Below, piece by piece: positions 36,569 to 39,828 of a stretch of 39,828 bases of DNA; the stretch's first letter is position 1, and each line of letters starts with the position of its first letter. The notes beneath the pieces were generated by a model. The model did not search any database, was not told the origin of the DNA, and worked only from the letters and a program-made list of their open reading frames with translations. A program made the translations under genes and the position numbers. The DNA is from Dehalococcoidia bacterium (GTDB lineage: Bacteria > Chloroflexota > Dehalococcoidia > UBA2247 > RBG-13-53-26), in contig JBGOWL010000001.1 in NCBI GenBank assembly GCA_041478585.1, positions 1 to 39,828 of the forward strand, written 5' to 3'.

Positions 36569-37736
36569 CAGCCATACTCCGAATCACAGGAACTCTGGCC
36601 GTCACCACAGTACCTTCTCCAGGCTGAGACTTGATGGAGCATGCACCACCAAGAAGGGACACTCGTTCCTTCATGCTGAACACGCCTCGGCCTCTGCCGC
36701 TTTCCTCTATTCCTGTGATCTTCGAAACGTCAAACCCCCTACCATCATCGGTGATGCGCAATAGCAGGTCATTAGCTCTGCATTCCATAGCTATGGTGAC
36801 ATTCTTTGCCTGGGAGTGCCTGGCTATATTGCCTATCGCCCCTTGAGCAAACCGGAAGAGCCCTGCTTCCACCTCTGGTGGCAAGGAACCAAAGTTGCCC
36901 CTGCATTCCAGGGACGTGTTGATTCCCAGGTGAGCAAGAGTGGTCTCAGCATACTGCCTGATGGCTGGTACCAGCCCCAGTGTATCCAGGAGGGTGGGCC
37001 GAAGCTCTCTTATTATCCTGCTGACCTCAGTAGCTACCTGGACGGCAAGGGAGTGCGCTTTTCTCAGTCTCGATTTGAATTCTTCATCCCGAGTGTTGGA
37101 CATGTCAGCCATGTCAACCAATGCTTGCAGGTTGAGAGCCAAGCCAGACAGTGTTTGGCTTGTTTCATCATGCAGTTCACGAGATAATCTGCTTCGTGCT
37201 TCCTCTTGAGCCATCAAGACCTGGCGTGCCAACTGACGATACCGCTCCCTACCTTTTGCCAGCCGCTCGTACAGCTTCGCCTGCTCAATGGCCACACCCA
37301 GCTGGTCGCCTATCGAGTGCAGGAGGTGCATATCATCCTTGGTGAAACGATGAGGCAAGTGACTAGCTACATTGATCACGCCCCAGACAGCCTCCTTTGA
37401 CCTCAGGGGGACGCTGATGAATGCTCTCAGATCCTCTGCCTGCACCAAATCTGGATAGGCGGCGAGGGGCTCTGTCGAAATATCCTCTACCAGGATGGAT
37501 TTGCTGCTGTGGGCTACCCTCCCGGCGACTCCCTCACCCAGCTTGAGGCGTATTTCGTCAGCGAATTTGGGTGACAACCCGCGGTAGACCCGATAGGACA
37601 GAGTCTTAGTCTCTTCGTCTAGGAGCAGGATGCCTCCGATGCTGCCATCCATGATGCTGAGTACGTTATCGAGGGCAACTTCAAGAATGGCGTCGAGGTC
37701 CCACAGCCCGCTGACTGCCGCGGAGACACGACTCAA
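36537..37736 (-). CDS. GAF-domain sensor histidine kinase (HisKA_3/HATPase_c)
   Basis: GAF region (GGILLLDEE...GEGVAGRV), H-box ELHDETSQTLSGL, N/G boxes (NIARHSQA, DDGRGF, GRGVFSMKER). No TM segment. TTG start; the frame is open a further ~45 codons upstream without an ATG. Confidence 0.85.
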   Translation of the reverse strand: MSRVSAAVSGLWDLDAILEVALDNVLSIMDGSIGGILLLDEETKTLSYRVYRGLSPKFADEIRLKLGEGVAGRVAHSSKSILVEDISTEPLAAYPDLVQAEDLRAFISVPLRSKEAVWGVINVASHLPHRFTKDDMHLLHSIGDQLGVAIEQAKLYERLAKGRERYRQLARQVLMAQEEARSRLSRELHDETSQTLSGLALNLQALVDMADMSNTRDEEFKSRLRKAHSLAVQVATEVSRIIRELRPTLLDTLGLVPAIRQYAETTLAHLGINTSLECRGNFGSLPPEVEAGLFRFAQGAIGNIARHSQAKNVTIAMECRANDLLLRITDDGRGFDVSKITGIEESGRGRGVFSMKERVSLLGGACSIKSQPGEGTVVTARVPVIRSMADEEDKNTGGR

Positions 37737-38019
37737 GGCCAGAAGATCACGATACCGCTTGCTATCGTCTCCTTCCAGGTCCTGTGTGTTGGCGCCAGAT
37801 TCAGCCCGTCCGGTAGATTCGATGGCTCCTCCACTATCTGCTATTGTGCATGCGAATCATTGGGTTGGCTAGTTTCTGCCAAGTTGGGTGGTAAGGTCGC
37901 CCTGGCCAAAGTGTCATCCGCTCATTAACAAAGCGATTTTGTCCCGAAAGACTATGTGAGATTCTGGATATCTGGCAATTCCGGCAACTCTCAACTCTTA
38001 CCTCAGGGAATGGGAATGA

Positions 38020-38580
38020 TTAGGCTGGTTCCAGTTCGATCAGGCCGTAGTTGCCGTCCTTCCTCCGATATAGAACGTTGACCTGATTTGTACGCGCATT
38101 AAGGAAAATGAAGAAGTCGTGCCCCAGGAGTTCCATCTGCTCTGTTGCTTCGGATGCCGTCATGAGTTTTGTGCTGAAGCTCTTGGTCCGGACCACGTTG
38201 TTGGGGAGTATTTCCTCGTCAAGCTGGAGTGGTTCGACCGACGCAGGCAGTTCTCTCTTATGCCTATCCGACCTCCTGTGCTTCAGGTAGAATCGATCCT
38301 TGTAACGTCGTGTTTGTCTGCGGACAACATCGACAGCAGCATCAATAGCAGCATAAATATCCGCATCTCTCTCTTCAGCCCTGATGAGAGTACCATTGCT
38401 GTTGACAGTCACCTGGACTATATACCTGTTGCTCGGGTCCTTTGCTTTCTCGCTGGAGATTTCCACCTTGGTTTCGATGATAGAGGGGAGAGTACGGTCA
38501 ATCTTGCCCAGTCTTTTTGATATGTAGGCTTCCACTTCTCTGGAAACTCGTATCTTCTTGCCTCTGATCACTACGTTCAT
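38020..38580 (-). CDS. hpf: ribosome hibernation promoting factor (long HPF)
   Basis: 186 aa. N-terminal S30AE domain (MNVVIRGKKIRVSREVEAYISKRLGKIDR...IRAEERDADIYAAIDAAVD) and a C-terminal dimerisation domain (VVRTKSF...MTASEATEQMELLGHDFFIFLN...VNVLYRRKDGNYGLIE). Confidence 0.9.
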   Translation of the reverse strand: MNVVIRGKKIRVSREVEAYISKRLGKIDRTLPSIIETKVEISSEKAKDPSNRYIVQVTVNSNGTLIRAEERDADIYAAIDAAVDVVRRQTRRYKDRFYLKHRRSDRHKRELPASVEPLQLDEEILPNNVVRTKSFSTKLMTASEATEQMELLGHDFFIFLNARTNQVNVLYRRKDGNYGLIELEPA

Positions 38581-38630
38581 TCTAGGCTCTCCTTCGACTT
38601 TGCTGATAATCTCCCACCGGAGTATGACAC

Positions 38631-38659
38631 AATATAGGCTGGGCTAGAGCGAGTGTCAA
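38631..38659 (-). promoter_or_regulatory. near-consensus sigma70 promoter for hpf
   Basis: On the minus strand: TTGACA (38659-38654), an exact 17-nt spacer, then TATATT (38636-38631). GGAGAG RBS lies upstream of ATG 38580. A TGACGTCA palindrome (38661-38668) abuts the -35 box. Confidence 0.5.
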
Positions 38660-38798
38660 GTGACGTCAATTGGGGCTGTTGGGGCTCGAGTATCGGATAG
38701 AATCCAGGCTGTGGCAAGGGATAGCATGCAGACTATTGGGTGGGCTGTTTGATCTTGACGGGGACGCATTTCCTGGGGGGGGGCGGCGCTGGCCAGTC

Positions 38799-39828
38799 CT
38801 ATGTAGCGACCGTATCTTTTGATCCTGCAGTTGTAAGCTGTTTTCTTTTTCTGGGAGCACGCGCTGGCGTTGGTTTTGACTGCCGTCTGGTTGGCCGCGA
38901 CTCTGTAGGAACGTCAGTACCTTCGGGTTCTGATTTTGCAGCAGGCCGTTTCAAGCGTCTTCGCGGTTTCTTCTGGCTTTCGACGTTACTATCTTCACTA
39001 GCTGCTGACGAAGTCAGGGCAGATAGTATCTCTCTCCAGTGGTGATAGATCACACCATGTCCCTCGGCTGCAAGGAAAGTAGCGCGGCAAATGGGAATGG
39101 TGTTTGCCAGATATCTTCCCATTGCAATGGGCGTCCTAACGTCTTGTGCCCCATGCCAAAGGTGGATTTCCATGGCGATATCCTCAAGGCGGAAGCCCCA
39201 TGGATGTGCCAGCAGTACCATTTCCGATGCTATGCCGCTGATACCGTCGCGGACAGCCTCAGCATAGTCCTGTATCAGCAGGGACTTTACATCAGGCTCC
39301 TTGAGTAACACTTTCTCCGATTCGGAAGTGAGGCCTGCTTCAAAGTTGAAGAATCGGTCGGGATTCCGATGATAGGCAAGGTTCATCAACCACCATGAGA
39401 GGGCAGCAAGCGTTGGGGAGTTGCGTGCCAAGCTGAATAGCAGATGGTTTCGCCACATCATGCCCCTGGTGGCTTCTGGAGCAGAGAGCGGTGCTATGCT
39501 GCTGATTAGTGCTGCTCGGGTCAAGCGATGAGGAATCTTCAGCGCACATGCTGTGACGTAAGATCCTCCCCCCGACATGCCAGCGACTGCAAACCGGTCG
39601 ATATGTAGCGTATCAGCCAACTGCACTACATCATCCGGCCAATCCAGCAGTGTACGCCCAACCTTGGAGTCGGATAACCCGAAGCCGGGCCGGTCAGGTG
39701 CAATTATCCGAATACCCAGTGATAGTGCTATGGATTCGTCCGGATGATGAAACAGCCGTGAACCGGGTGTTCCATGGAAGAAAATGACGGGTTTGCCTTG
39801 GGGATCACCGTATTCGGCATAGGCGAGC
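38799..39828 (-). CDS. alpha/beta hydrolase (5' end outside the window) with a basic low-complexity C-terminal tail
   Basis: The frame is open to the window edge: LAYAEYGDPQGKPVIFFHGTPGSR (HG oxyanion motif), AVAGMSGGG (GxSxG nucleophile), AAEGHGVIYHHW (catalytic His region). The last ~70 aa are K/R/P/S/T-rich. Confidence 0.8.
   Translation of the reverse strand, partial: LAYAEYGDPQGKPVIFFHGTPGSRLFHHPDESIALSLGIRIIAPDRPGFGLSDSKVGRTLLDWPDDVVQLADTLHIDRFAVAGMSGGGSYVTACALKIPHRLTRAALISSIAPLSAPEATRGMMWRNHLLFSLARNSPTLAALSWWLMNLAYHRNPDRFFNFEAGLTSESEKVLLKEPDVKSLLIQDYAEAVRDGISGIASEMVLLAHPWGFRLEDIAMEIHLWHGAQDVRTPIAMGRYLANTIPICRATFLAAEGHGVIYHHWREILSALTSSAASEDSNVESQKKPRRRLKRPAAKSEPEGTDVPTESRPTRRQSKPTPARAPRKRKQLTTAGSKDTVAT

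Noticed and set aside
50-39549. Numerous tracked ORFs antisense to or nested within the long annotated genes, for example 6652-7503 +, 19791-20249 +, 26649-27164 +, 8005-8385 - and 13611-14144 -.
   Set aside because: They overlap strongly supported genes on the opposite strand or in another frame. They have skewed, low-complexity composition and lack RBS or family motifs, so they are shadow ORFs typical of moderate-to-high GC DNA.

Overview
Gene-dense bacterial window with most genes on the minus strand. The repertoire (MetF/MetV, flavin/Fe-S complexes, Fnr-type regulator, DUF5679, PF09826-type beta-propeller protein) suggests an anaerobe, possibly Chloroflexota-like; this is inference only. 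All family assignments come from motif reading and remembered sequences, with no searches run.

Blocks in order:
1. 2-7935: a self-contained type II FAS-like operon (KS, ACP, two phytoene-desaturase-family flavoproteins, FabG, FabZ, FabI, Sfp-type PPTase), convergent with a partial acyltransferase-like gene.
2. 8036-10218: MarC, a short QueG-like Fe-S protein, DUF4416, and an untracked 47-aa zinc-ribbon ORF.
3. 10230-10990: about 760 nt with no convincing CDS but dense GC hairpins.
4. 10993-12960: a DUF4382 anti-sigma-like gene followed by a decay zone (truncated ECF sigma, a 120-bp inverted-repeat element, a truncated cation/H+ antiporter).
5. 12962-17315: OtsB, a HAD protein, a secreted beta-propeller protein and a hypothetical.
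6. 17379-20957: a ferredoxin-like protein, a Crp/Fnr regulator and an ABC-2 exporter.
7. 21180-25467: GlgB and GlgE.
8. 26002-26559: a bacterial ERG2/sigma-1-receptor homologue.
9. 26846-34721: one operon joining an FDH-like subunit without catalytic residues, NuoE-like, a NuoF-GltD fusion, MetV and MetF.
10. 34849-37736: a dual-receiver regulator, a NarL-type regulator and a GAF histidine kinase.
11. 38020-39828: HPF and a partial alpha/beta hydrolase.

The best candidates for something undescribed are the MetFV-NuoEF/GltD-pseudoFDH operon and the FAS/CrtI-like lipid operon. The ERG2/sigma-1 homologue and the structured non-coding region come next.
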